Assembly: GCA_020137815.1 (NCBI GenBank) | Contig: CM035354.1 | Location: 4,836,001 to 4,900,000 of the forward strand | Direction of reading: 5' to 3' | Source of the DNA: Hormiphora californensis | Taxonomy: Eukaryota; Animalia; Ctenophora | Length of the DNA: 64,000 nt | Part shown: positions 27,930 through 41,200 of the stretch, piece by piece | Numbering within the stretch: the first letter of the stretch is position 1 | Layout of the letters: each line of letters opens with the position of its first letter | The notes under the pieces: generated by a model | Database searches by the model: none | Seen by the model: the letters and a program-made list of their open reading frames with translations, nothing else | What the model was told of the DNA's origin: nothing | Translations under genes and position numbers: made by a program

Positions 27930-28446
27930 TTCCCCACTAACTCACCGTTATCAGAGAACCGTGCTAGGAGCAGGCAGTCTACTGCAGTCCCTTTCAAATT
28001 AAGGAAAACGAGTTGTCTGTATACAAACTGTGTCAGTGCGGGATATAAACTGTCATTTTTATTATTATTATTATTTATTTAAAAATACTGAGCCTCAGCA
28101 GCTGAGAGTTCAGATAATACTGATCTATGATTGCTTACAGTCAGCAAGACCTAGTTATCCGTCCAGGGTCCAGGGGTGACTTTGGTACCCGTCTATGGAC
28201 GGTTAGAAAATCTAGCACGCACCGAGGGGGCTGTATTTAGCTGTATCTGGGGGCTCGGAAGGACGTTCCTGATGAGTGATGCCAAGGTTCATCAAGTAAA
28301 CTTGAATCAAGTTTCATCAATTCTAGCTGCTCCGAATGCAAATAGTCTTTTCTTGACAACTTAAATTCTTAAATCTTATACAAAAGAACAATTAATGTGA
28401 AACGTCCTGCATTCCGGCCAAAATGCCCCACAATTCAAAACCCGTT

Positions 28447-31109
28447 TCACGTCGGAACGCTAGCTCTTGTTTTGGTCATTTTTACACATGTCGTTGGGAC
28501 CAGGAAGATCTTGTCTTCGAATTTTATCAGAAGATTACCACTCCTACTCTTGCTAGTTCGCACTCTGTTCCTTGGGATTTCCACCTGCAGTAAAGACTCG
28601 TCAAAAATCATTTCTTTCCTAGTAGTCATGGTATTTGAATACAAAACTAATAGTGCCCATGTCATGTGCACCTATTTATACCTGGAATCCTTGGATAACT
28701 GCTACAGCATGGTATCCTCGAGGAATTCCCTCCGATGGAATGCTAAATAAATCCTCTCCAGTTGGCACGGGCAGATTGGCTCCCTTCATATCTGTCTCAT
28801 CGATATGTACCTCTGTAGGGGCTGACTTTCTTGGTACCTGTTGGAAGTTCCGATTTCAAAAAAGCGAATGAACCTTGTTGAGTAACAAAATGAATCGGTA
28901 ATGGTGTCTCCATGGAGGGGAAGGGGGGGGGGCAGGGTACGCCATGGCCCCAGTACTTTTCAGGAAATGGACCCAGGACTTTTCATGATTAGACAAAAAC
29001 TATGACTTTTTGGCCTAAAAACCGAAAAATTTTCTCGGGCTCCGCTATCGCTTCGCCCGATCTACTAGAATTTTCAATAGAAAAGTGAGTGTATGTCATA
29101 TCACGTGACCAAAAAAATTGGCCCCACCACTTTCAAAACTTCCCCTACATGCCTGGCCGGTTATTTAGGCTAGTTTCATAGCATTAAACTATTTTCTTAT
29201 TGGGTTTACCTTTATTCTTTTGCCATTAACTCTGACTGAGAACTCCTGAGCGTGAGTGTTACTGGCCCTGAAATGCCTACCAGGAGCCACGACACTCCTT
29301 TCCTTCAGCTTGATCTGTGGAAAGGAAGTACATATTGACACCTGTCAAGTTAAAACGCAGACCCCCTCATGATCCTACCAACACAAATGGGACCCAAATT
29401 TATTATTTCAATCTTCTTACCTGGTAGTATTTGCCACTAAAGATGGGTGTATTCCCGATTATTACACGAGGAGTTTCAGAAGTAACAGATATTTCCTTGG
29501 CCTTGGGTACAATGACAATGCTCCTATCAGAGCGGCCCCTCCTGACCGATTTATCTGTTTCAATCATGCTGAAATAAGGAAACTCTTCCTCCCCTCGTGT
29601 CTCCAGTGTTGGCACTGCGTTGTCCCATTGTGACCCACCATTGGTGTAGGTGTTTGTCGACGCCGTTGTCTGAGCACTCAGCTCAGAGCTGTGTTCCCGT
29701 TCCTGCTTGGTTTTGCAGTAGCACGTTCGTTGTCCATCGTGCCAGGTCAGAAAGTGAAAGTTACTCTTCGCACAGGATTTCTCTGCATTAGGTTCTGGTG
29801 ACTTCTTAGTTTCTTGTTGTTTCTGGTTGTCATTCCCAGCTGGGGATCCGTGAACAGCTCGGGGCGATCCGTGAGGACAGTAATGACCTGGAGACCCTTG
29901 GATGTTGTTAGTAGCCCCAGGGGAGCCATGATGATGTCCAGCAGGGGAGCTATTATACTCATGTCCAGGGGAGCTATGATAATGTGTGGTGTGTTGATTG
30001 GCGGGGTCATATTTAGAGGGGTCAGGTGCTGCTGGGGATCCCCAGCCTGTATTGTAATCTCTAGTTGAACCATGATGGTAGTGGTGGTCAACTGGTGGTG
30101 CAGAATGATTTTGCTGGTGGGTTGTTTGAACCTCTGTAGCAGGGGACCCATACTGATTGTAGTAGTTATCATGGCTGTTTACAACCTCATTTGTGGTATT
30201 GTAATGCTGGTGGACCCCGGGAGATCCATGCTTCTGACAGGGTGAAGATATGACCTTCTGGTGCTCTAGCTCTGCTTGTCGTGGGTGATAGTGAGTTTCA
30301 CTAGCCATAACATGCTGAACTGTAGCGGTATACGGTTGAGGTGGTTGGAAATATTGCTGGGGAACTGGAACATCTTGAATGGCAGACTCTGGGGACAGTA
30401 GGTCTGCTATCTGGTACACTTTGATCCAGAGGTTGTTGTACAGAATAAACAGGTAATCCTCGTCCCCGTCTGCACTCTTGAAGATGCTCTCCCCGCTGAG
30501 AATCAGCTGAGTATCATCGGGCATTGCTATTCGGTAATCTTTACTCCCATACACCTCCAGACCATTGAAAACCAACTTAGGTTGCTCCTTTTGTAGACTG
30601 ATCGGCACTTCTTTTGGTTCCACCTGTTTTGGGGTTTCTGCCACTGCTGTCTTTTGTGCTGCTTCCTCCTTTTCCCGCTGGGCTGCTAATCGTTTCTGGC
30701 ACTTGGCACATTCTGCAGTAATGTGCCTTTTCCTCGGTTTATTGGGCTTAGTGGCAGGTGTTTTCTCTGCTTCCTCCTTATTGACAGCCCCATCATTGTC
30801 GACCGTTGCAGGTTTAACAAGGAACACCACAAACATCTGACCATCTATATCCACCACCACACTCTTCTTGTCCTCTGTATTCTTCTTTATCTGACGGCCC
30901 TGAACTTTCAACAGAGACCCGTCCTGGGTGACGATGTCGTAGGTTTTCGTGGCAGTTATCTCTGTTCCTTTAAAGGTGAAATCTTCGTGGCTGTCCGCTT
31001 TGAAGTTCCGGCAAGCACACTCCGTCCGCATGATCGGCTCAATTGGGTAGTTGTATTTTGGGTTCAAACTTGGGAAAATAACCAATGAGTCCTGGAAGGG
31101 AAGATTCAT
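28447..31109 (-). CDS. Unknown protein with 3-4 copies of a ~50-aa beta-rich repeat and a His/Gly-Ser-Pro-rich low-complexity region
   Basis: 568-codon ORF (start at 31109 or 31031) ending at donor CAG|GTAAGA (29421). Further putative exons at ~29316-29210 and ~28873-28447, with apparent indels. Confidence 0.6.
28907..29154. mobile_element. Degenerate hAT-like MITE in an intron
   Basis: Ends catggaggggaag / cttcccctacatg, with GC-rich subterminal ggggcagggtacgccatggcccc and ggccccaccact. Confidence 0.4.
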
Positions 31110-31140
31110 AACATTATCATCTGTTTTTAGGTGTTATAGC

Positions 31141-31917
31141 ATGTCGGTTGTGAGGCCGAACATCAAGTTGACCAAGACAAGTGGAGGTGGTAACGCTAAA
31201 GGTCCTGACTACACAAAACTCCCCTCCCACCAGTACCGACACGTCAACTACAGCGATCTTAAGGAGATCAAGGTGAAGGGACCCCAACTCAGGGGACCTA
31301 GAATCAGGGCAACACCCTCCGTAAAAGATCCAGAGTTTGATGAAATTCCGGAGACAACAGCCAACTATCAGCCCCACATCTTTACATTTAGTAGTCAGCA
31401 GGAGAAACGAGCCGCACAACGTGAGGTGAAGGAAGTTACTGGAATCAAGTCTAAAGTTGAGGACTGGGAGAATATAACTCATGCTAACTTCTCGTTTCAA
31501 GAACTTGGCCAAATGTTCCAGACGCGAATGCTAAAGCCGTCACTTCGGAAATTGATCAGATGTGAATCACTAATTCTTATTGATAATCGGTTATCTGAAC
31601 TGACTGAACTAACTCTCCCCTGTCTAACCGAGCTGAATCTATCTCTCAATCTGTTTACGAGTTTTGGTGATCTGCCAAATTGCCCTAGGCTGGTGAGTCT
31701 TAATGTGAGCGGAAACAGGATAACAGGAACTGAAGGAATTGAGAAGTTCAAACTTCTTGCCGAACTCAAAATGAAGATGAACCCCCTTGTGTGGAAGGAA
31801 CCTAAATACAGACGGAACCTGTTTGAGAAGTGTCCTTCGCTGATAAAGATAGACGGAATGACGAGAGAGTGTGTCAGGTTGAGGGAGGAAGAGCTGCAGG
31901 AAATACAGCAGAACTGA
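31141..31917 (+). CDS. Leucine-rich repeat protein (SDS22-like LRRs with LRRcap), single coding exon
   Basis: LxxLxLxxNxL repeats (LILIDNRL, LTELNLSLNLF, LVSLNVSGNRI, LAELKMKMNPL) and cap YRRNLFEKCPSLIKIDG. An acceptor tttttAG lies 10 nt before the ATG. Confidence 0.85.
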   Translation: MSVVRPNIKLTKTSGGGNAKGPDYTKLPSHQYRHVNYSDLKEIKVKGPQLRGPRIRATPSVKDPEFDEIPETTANYQPHIFTFSSQQEKRAAQREVKEVTGIKSKVEDWENITHANFSFQELGQMFQTRMLKPSLRKLIRCESLILIDNRLSELTELTLPCLTELNLSLNLFTSFGDLPNCPRLVSLNVSGNRITGTEGIEKFKLLAELKMKMNPLVWKEPKYRRNLFEKCPSLIKIDGMTRECVRLREEELQEIQQN

Positions 31918-32602
31918 AGTGTTGATCAGATACGATCAAAGCTGCTGCAGATGATCTAAATATTGTATACTGACCTCACGACTTGTGTTATTGAGCAACC
32001 TCTAAGACTTATTTCATGTAATGCTAGCATGAATTTTACCGAGATACCTATATTTTTAATGATTCCGACTGCTGACTGCTGACTTTCTATTGACTACTGA
32101 ATGACTGATCAATGCACTTACCACGACAGACTGGGTGTACTCTGGCTTCACTTTCCCTCGTTCTTTCTCTGAAAACAATTCTGTTGCTGAGAGCATTCGA
32201 TAGATACTATCAGCCACGGTGGGATCAGCTGCCTTTTTACAGGACTTATCTGGTGTGTGTATTTTTAATGAAAATTGAGCTTTCAACAGTGTCCCTTCAA
32301 AGAATCATGAAAATTCAGCTTATAGTTTTAGGAAATTTTAGCACGCTGTAATCTGTATGCAAGAAACTGAATCAATGAATGAATGCAAGAATTCAAAGTG
32401 TGCCGTACCTTTGGTGTTGACGCCCATTGCGTCCTGGAGAGAGGTGTGTGTTGTCTAACTGTCTGCTAACAAATTCACTATCTAGACGGTATTATGGCAG
32501 ACACAGCAAAGGGGGCGAGACTTTTATAAAAATGGGTGCCATGTGGGTTACTCAGCTAACACATGTAGCGTAGGGATAACCGCCAATAATAGGGGGCTGC
32601 AT

Positions 32603-32692
<90 letters not shown>

Positions 32693-33117
32693 TCTTTTTT
32701 ACACAACACATGTGTGCGTCATTCCCACAACCTTGGTACCGCAAATCCAGCAAAGACCTCTGAAATCCAACAAGATTCAATAGCACGTGTTAGCAAACGT
32801 GGTTATGTGAATATTTTGTGTCAGACATGTATCATTGATTGTTATGCTGATTGGTTATGTATGAACTGTAAATGATGTAAATACATACAGAGTTTTCTGG
32901 TTTTATGACGAGTTTTAATCACCTGAACACTGCTGTTTCTCACCCTATAGACTACCGACCTCAAATACCAGATAGATGATCTGGCTCCATCAATCCCCTG
33001 TCAGTACCAACTACCAACGTCCCCTTATCCCCCTCTATCGATATACTAGTAACACCACTGTTATGACAAAAGTAAACACTCTCTCCCCTCTCTAGTGATA
33101 GATGCCATGGTAGCACC

Positions 33118-33678
33118 ATGACAACTGAGGAGGGTGGTGCAGGGGGACCTCTCATCAACAAGGATGGCTTCCCAGTCCACCCTGAGCTATGGAACACCAT
33201 GTGGGCCAGGGCTGAGGCCGTCCACCCTGATAGAAGATCAATGAGTAAAGGAATTCGAGGCAATGCAGATCTTCCACAGGTACATTTTAGCATTATTCCT
33301 CAGAACAAACTATTATTTGACTATTTGAGATGCGTGGGCGACAGTATAACAATAAACTGTCGTACGTTGCAGTGGGTATAATGGTGGTATAAATGGTAAT
33401 TTCTTTCTCTGTAAATGTCGACCACGCGGCATGGTCCACGCCGTTTGCTGGAGTAATTTATGCCAACTGTTGTGCACTTGCCGCATTCGAGAGAATATTA
33501 TTATAACTTTGCCTTGTTCGACCCTGCCTCACAAATGTAAAGGAGGGTCAGAACATAACGAATTATAACTTATGTCTTCTCCTTTTGTTAAGAAAGTGAG
33601 CTGAGAGAGTGAGACAGAGGAAGAGAACGAGAGAGACAGAGAAAGAGCGACTGAGAGACAGAGAAAGAGAGGTAGAGA

Positions 33679-33732
<54 letters not shown>

Positions 33733-33740
33733 GAGAGAGA

Positions 33741-33818
<78 letters not shown>

Positions 33819-35216
33819 AGTTGGTCCACCTGCCACCACCTCCAATCGGTTTCCCCCGGGCAACGGGGTCACACGGAGTACCTTTTTCCCCATCCCCTTT
33901 TCCCCCTGTTCGATTTCCAGGTCCGTGTGGCCGCGGCTGAGCGTGGCTGTGTATCAGAAATACGGAAAAAAAATCAGAAAATACAAAATACAAAAACATC
34001 TTGGCAAGGCGGCCCACAGTGTATTATCGCCAACTATTATGTTCCTACCCCGCCTTCTCCGGCTCAGGGTTACCAGTGGAACAGGCATCTTCCAGCCAAC
34101 TGTGGACCCCCAACGCCCCTTTATCCGCTAACCAATACTGTTTTTGTTCTACTAGCCCCCCTAACCCACTTCTTCCATTTTTGATAGGGTTCTACATCGG
34201 AGATGATTATTTGGAACGGGGTGGCTGTCCTCTCTGGAGCGGGGTCAGCTGTCTTTACTGGAGCGGGGTCAGCTGTCCTTACTGGAGCGGGGTCAGCCGT
34301 CCTCTCTGGAACGGGGTGGCTGTCCTCTCTGGAGCGGGGTCAGCTGTCTTTACTGGAACGGGGTCAGCTGTCCTTACTGGAACGGGGTCAGCTGTCTTCT
34401 CTGGAGCGGGGTGGCTGTCTTCTCTGGAACGGGGTCAGCTGTCCTTACTGGAGTGGGGCCAGCTGTCTTTACTGGAACGGGGTCAGCTGTCCTTACTGGA
34501 ACGGGGTCAGCTGTCCTCTCTGGAGCGGGGTGGCTGTCCTCTCTGGAACGGGGTCAGCTGTCTTTACTGGAACGGGGTCAGCTGTCTTACTGGAGCGGGG
34601 TCAGCTGTCCTTACTGGGGCGGGGTCAGCTGTCTTCTCTGGAGCGGGGTGGCTGTCTTCTCTGGAACGGGGTCAGCTGGCTTCTCTGGAACGGGGTCAGC
34701 TGACTTTTCTGGAACGGGGTCAGCTGGCTTCTCTGGAACGGGGTCAGCTGGCTTCTCTGGAACGGGGTCGGCTGTCTTCTCTGGAGCGGGGTCAGCTGGC
34801 TTCTCTGGAACGGGCTGGCTGTCCTCTCTGGCTCGACTTGTAATCATCATCCATTTGTGTTATTTATTTTTTTCGCTCGAACCCGTTCCTGCTTGTTTTA
34901 GGCTGCCTTAGATTCAGACGGTTTGCTTCTTCAGTTCCTGATAAGTTGTCTCTTCTTAGAATTCATTGTAGCAGATTGGGCTTCTTTGCAGATAGTTTAG
35001 GAGGTCTTGTGCTCCGTCACCATGAGCTTTAATCCCCCTTTCCTTAACCCATATGTACATTGTTAAATTTACCCGTATGTACATTGTTCTACCTACCCTA
35101 CCTTTACTCCGCAGGCCCTCCGGGCCCTCAGATCCAACAGGATCCGGGTCCGGGGGATTTAACCCTGCTCTCGCATGGGGCCTCACGGCCCCATGTGGGA
35201 GTGGTGCGTGTAGTGG

Positions 35217-35251
<35 letters not shown>

Positions 35252-38200
35252 GAGAGAGAGGGAGAGAGGGAGAAAGAGAGACAGAGAAAGAGAGAAAGAG
35301 AGGTAGAGAGAAAGAGAGAGAGAGAAAGAGAGAGAGAGAGAAAGAGAGGGAGCTAACAACGGCAGTGAAGTATGAACCGGATCTGTCCCAGGTCACTACT
35401 AATAAAAGGAACTGCTAATAAAATTAAATTAGCTCTCTATATCGCCTCATGAGAGTCATGTTCTGCAGTACCATGTAATGTCATTGTATAGCGTTCTATT
35501 TTAACGGTACCCCTGTGATTCAGTGTGTTTACTGTTTTGAAAGTGATCATGGTCCTCCAAGTACGAAATTAAATAATAAATCTAAATAGTAAATCACTAC
35601 AATTGTCAACAGTTGCATTGAGGCAACAGCCATTGAGGCTACATATATATCCTATTTATGTTTGCACTTTACACACTCGCATTTATCTAATCGCTCTACG
35701 CCCATATCATATGCTACTGTAAGGCTAGAGTTATTATCCCACTGCACCCATTAGATATGTGATGACATGCTGCTAATAGTCTTCTGATTTCTAGCATTAT
35801 TATAGTAGACTGGTATCTATCTCCCATGTTAGTTTATGGGTGAATGCTTGTCATCACTAGGTTCGGCTTTGACTTTGAAAAACATTTTTAGCTACAGTAG
35901 CCGTACGCACTTGCGATTCCTGATAAGTTTATGTTAATATATTTTCCCTATAAAATACCTTTCCACATCAGTAAGTCTCCCTGTCTTCCTGGGCTTCTTC
36001 CACTAGATTCCTTCTAGCCCTCACTACTAAGTACTACCTCTGGCCTATGGCTAGGTGTCATGCTGTTGCCGATATTCTTAAAATCCAAAAGGAGGGTCTG
36101 GTTCAAGCTAGATGATATAATTAGGAATATTATCATGATTATGTCACCATCTAACCTGTCAGACAGCGCTGCATTGAATAGACTTCTATAATTATTACCC
36201 GCTGGTCCTTTGTAGCATAAAATCTTATTAAGATCATGTCAATTGTCATGATCATAATCATGTCTTAATTACTATCTTAATTACTATCTTGAGTGAGTCA
36301 AAGAGACAGAGAGACACACAGAGGACATATAGAGACAGAGATCTCATATTATGCTCAAGATAAAGTACATTATATATGCTCATTTGATCATTTTCCCATG
36401 CCTTTAGCCGCAAGTAAAGTCAGTTTAGTTTTTGTGAAACTCCCAAATCGTCTGATTCTCTAATCCTAATCATATCGATATCCCATGGTTAACCTCTTAT
36501 TCCTATTATATACTATCAATATTTCCTAGGCTAGGAAAAGTCCAGTAACTCGATTGACACAGTATCGGTATCGTAAAATGAGATTTTGATGTAATAGTGT
36601 TTTACCGGATGAGTGTATTTAAAACGATACACAATTAAGGATCCCTCCCTGTCCTTGCATGTTGATTTCCCAGTGTGACTATAACCCCTTGCATCAGCGT
36701 TGTATCACATCGGAATTTTGGACCCTTCATTTTTGATCATTTTTCTGGTGCGCTAGTCATCGAAGTCATCATCCGGCAACACTTTTACATCCAAACTTTG
36801 GTTTACCGAACGGATCCCAAGCGGTTCGCTTTAGATGCGTTCTATTGCACTTTTCCTACAATGTAGGAGATGCATATTCTTGAACCCTTGGCACTGGCAA
36901 TGAATATGAATATATTGAAAAATACAATGTTATATTTCAGACGATGTATGTTATAACTGCTGCACGTGATGTAATATGCATGCTGTATGACCATTTTCTC
37001 CGACCATTCTATACAGTTCACTTGTTGTGCATGGGAACTGCTAATCAAGAAATTAATATTTAATGTAGTTATTTTGATATTGTTCCGAGTTCTTGTTCAA
37101 CGTTTACACAACTAGAAAACCCGTTGATTTACAACGCCCGTTCACTAGAATGTCCACTGCCCTTCCGCTGTACTTATCTGCACGTGTAGTATAAACCAAC
37201 CCGCCCCTAACAACCTTTTCAATTTGCACGTGCACAAACGGTTGCTAGCGACACTACCTTCTTATAATAGAGACTAGAAAGCCCGTTGAAGTAGAGCACC
37301 CGTTGACCCGAATCCCCACACTCTCCCTCACCCAGGAGCACCCCTCTGGCTTCTCACCGATTACGTACGATAATGCCTACGGTCAATAATGCCTACAGGG
37401 TATATAGGCATATATAATTGGGTGTAGGCAAAACCGTCAAAACGGCAATAATGCCTACGGTGGCAATAATGCCTACGATAAAGTACGATAATGCCTACGA
37501 TCAATAATGCCTACATTATTGATAGTTGGGTGTAGGCAAAAGCGTCAATATTATTGTTGATATGGCGATAATGCCTACAGGGGTGATTGGGTGTAGGCAA
37601 AAGCGTCAATATTATTGTTGATATGGCGATAATGCCTACAAGCGTCAAATCATCATATCCCGATTGGTAACGTGACCCTGAGGGCGGCACCAATACGATA
37701 TTGGAGTAAACCGATTGACATGAGAGCTCCTCTAATCGGTAAGGCTTAAGTTCATGCCCTCTGTCTTGGATGTTATGTTCCACGTTGAATAAACATTGAG
37801 ATCTTGTATCACATATCGGTTTTGGACCCTCAGTGTTTGCATCATTACGGGTGCGAGTCATCGAAGTCATCACCGCAAAACACTGTTTACCATCCAAACT
37901 TTGGTTACGCAACGGATCCCAAGCGTTCGCTATAGATGCGTTCTATGCACAACTTTTCTACAATGTTACGGATGCATATCTTGAACCTTCTTGGCACTGG
38001 CAATGATATGGAGTATATGGAAAAGGTACAATGGTACTATTTCAGACGAAAGTAAGTCCACACTGCTGCCGTGATTATTGACATGCTGTATGTACCATTT
38101 TCTCTCGCATTCTATACAGTTCCTTGTTTGCATGGGAATGCTAATCAAAATTAATATTTATTAGTGATATTTGATATTGTCCAGAGTTCGCTGCACTGAC

Positions 38201-41200
38201 CCGCACGTGCAGCTTCAATCACCCGATGCATAGGGACCATGGCCTGCACGTGCTAGGATAGGACATACTCACCATCACGCCACGCATTTCTACTTTATAA
38301 TTAAGGATACACTTGCTACCTTTTTCTTGAATTGTTTTACTTACACCTTAGGTCTACCAATTCAATCTTTTTTAGCGGTGTTACAAAGTGTGTAAGATGA
38401 ATTATACTGAAGACCTATCCAGCATTCACTGGCTAACCCACAAGACAATATTCACCCTGAATTTCCTGCTTGGAACACCCCTAAACACTCTCTGCTTCAT
38501 GTTCTTCATGTGGGGGGACAATGATAGCAATTCTCGGCTAATACACCGGTGGATCACCCTACTGGATCTGATAACGTGTGCTGCAACCATCCTCCCCACC
38601 ATAAATTCCTTCAACGAAACCGTGTTCAACTCCCCGATTCTCTGCAACATCTACGGAATGTTTTGGAATTGTGCTATACGTGTTGCGATATTTCTAATAG
38701 CGGTATTGAGCTGTACACGAGCCCTAGTCACTGTAGATCCCTTTATAAATGTAAGGAAGGGTGTAATAACTTGGATAGTAGGAGGATATTCTCTCCTCCA
38801 ACTTATTCAGGCTACCATCCCATTTTGGTTTGGGGGTACCTACAACTACGACGAAAGTATTGAAACTTGTACATGGAACGTGAGAATAGTTATTTTCAAG
38901 ACTGATGGGAGGTTGAATAATTACCAAGTCAAGTGGGCTGTGGCTGTTTTTATTTTGCTCGTTGCAGTCCAGTTTATAGTGCCTATTCTAGTGATATTGG
39001 TGTCCGGGATTGTATCATGTGTGTCTCTACTAAGAAAACCAGCCATTAGTCAGGATAGCGTTCACAGAAGTGCGGTTGTGACAGTTTCCCTGTTGACCTG
39101 CGCTTGTCTGTGTATAAACGCTCCCGTTTTGTTTGTGGTGTGTGGGTCGCTTTATAATTACTGGTTCCCAGAGAACCATTTAATAACGAACGAACTGTTA
39201 AATGATGTCAATGTTTTTGTTTATGGTCATTCCTTAGCCCTAAACTCGATCGCCAATGCGATAATTTATCTCGTTAGAATTCGGAAATTGCGTATGTTCG
39301 TGCTGAAGAAGATGTCACTATTTTACGGGAATGTTTCTCAGAGTTTAATGGCCCGTTTTCATACTTACAGTACTGTCAGAACTTAACAAAATGTGTATAA
39401 CCAAATATTTTCAATTCCAACTATGAAATATGTTATTAGTAGGGACGAATCTTAATTTTTTGATTTGGTGGAAAGCAAATTCCGGTGGTAACCCACCTAT
39501 TTTGACCCGCTGAACACGATCCCGTTCATAGGCAAGCTCGCAAAAGTGGAGAAAATGCCCAAATCGGCCACGCCCTTTTACCTGTATTTTCAGCCTGTAG
39601 CCAAAAACATAAATCCTCTTAGAATACGAGTAGAGACAAATCTGAAGGCACTAAAGTGATCAGCGCCCTCGCATTAGTGGGGGTAGGTGCTGGAATTAAG
39701 TCTCTATCTCATCTGGTTAATTAGATAATTAGATAATTAGGTTTGCGCATAACCGTTTTTTGGCTATATGGCTATAGCCACTTAGGAACGGTTTAGAGAC
39801 TTTTCACTGGCGCCAGTTTGTAGGCAATGGCCAAGTTATGGGGGGTCGACGTCGGACTTTTAAGCTCTATCTCCAACCGTTTAGCCGTTATTGGGCTAAA
39901 TCGATGCTCAAAATGAGCGAAAAACGGTAAAAAGCCCGATTTTGAGCATCGTTTAGGCCCAATAACGGCTAAACGGTTGGAGATAGAGCTTAAAAGTCCG
40001 ACGTCGACCCCCCATAACTTGGCTATTGCCTACAAAATGGCGCCAGTGAAAAGTCTCTAAACCATTCCTAAGTGGCTATAGCCATATAGCCAAAAACGGT
40101 TATGCGCAAACCCAATTATCCAATTATCTAATTAACCAGATGAGATAGAGACTTAATTCTAGCACCTACCCCCACTAATGCGAGGGCGCTGATCACTTTA
40201 GTGCCCTCAGATTTGTCTCTACTCCTATTCTAAGAGGATTCATGTTTTTGGCTACAGGCTGAAAATACAGGTAAAAGGGCGTGGCCAATTTGGGCATTTT
40301 GTCCACTTTTGCGAGCTTGCCTATGAACGGGATCGTGTTCAGCGGGTCAAAATAGGTGGGTTACAACCGGAATTTGCTTTCCACCAAATAGTGAGTCAGC
40401 CACTTCTTTTTATAAGAGATTCGTCCCTACTATATTTTACAATGTCAAGATCAAGTATTATAACAAGTCATACATTTTCTCAAAAGTACACTCTACCCCC
40501 CCCCCCCCTTTTCTTTCTTGGTTGCCTGCTCTTTATCATAAGGAACTGCTCTTTACGAGAAACTGTCTAACCGCTGCCGAGGGAAACAATGATAACCAAC
40601 ACACATTTAATGTGTCTCTCCCTCCACAATATCTCTCCGGTCGATAACCAGATTCTCATGATATTCCCTCTCGCTCTATACTCTGGTTGCTTAAACCCAT
40701 CCGCCCCACCTCACCGCCCTAACCCACCGCCCCACCCGTCCCACCCACCCCATCCATCTACCCCACCCATCCACCCCACCCTCCGCCCCACCCATCCGCC
40801 CCACCCATCTATCCATCCATCCAACCGGCAACCGCCCTACCCATCCACCCCACCCCATCCATCCAGCCCACCGCTACCCTCATTCACCCCACCCCACCGC
40901 CCCACCCATCCACCCCACCCATCTACCCCACCCATCCAGCCCACCAATCTACCCCACCCATCCACCCCACCCATCCGCACCGTCCCACCGCACCGCCCGT
41001 GCGGGGGATGTTCGGCGAGGAGTAAGGTCTAATCCTGCCGGCTGTGGAGCCTCTTAAACTTCAGCAAGGGCTGGAACGACGAGAGGTAATATTCCCAGAC
41101 ACTCACCAAAATCACTTACGGCCCTATTACGGTAACTGGTGCTGGTATCACTAAGTGACTGACCCTCGTGCGTAGGGGCCACCGACAGGGGTTCACGCCC

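Noticed and set aside
34001-34911. 280-aa and 166-aa repeat ORFs
   Set aside because: They are chance open frames through a 21-bp minisatellite in several frames at once.
40589-41032. 147-aa Pro/His-rich ORF
   Set aside because: It is a translation of a C-rich low-complexity repeat.
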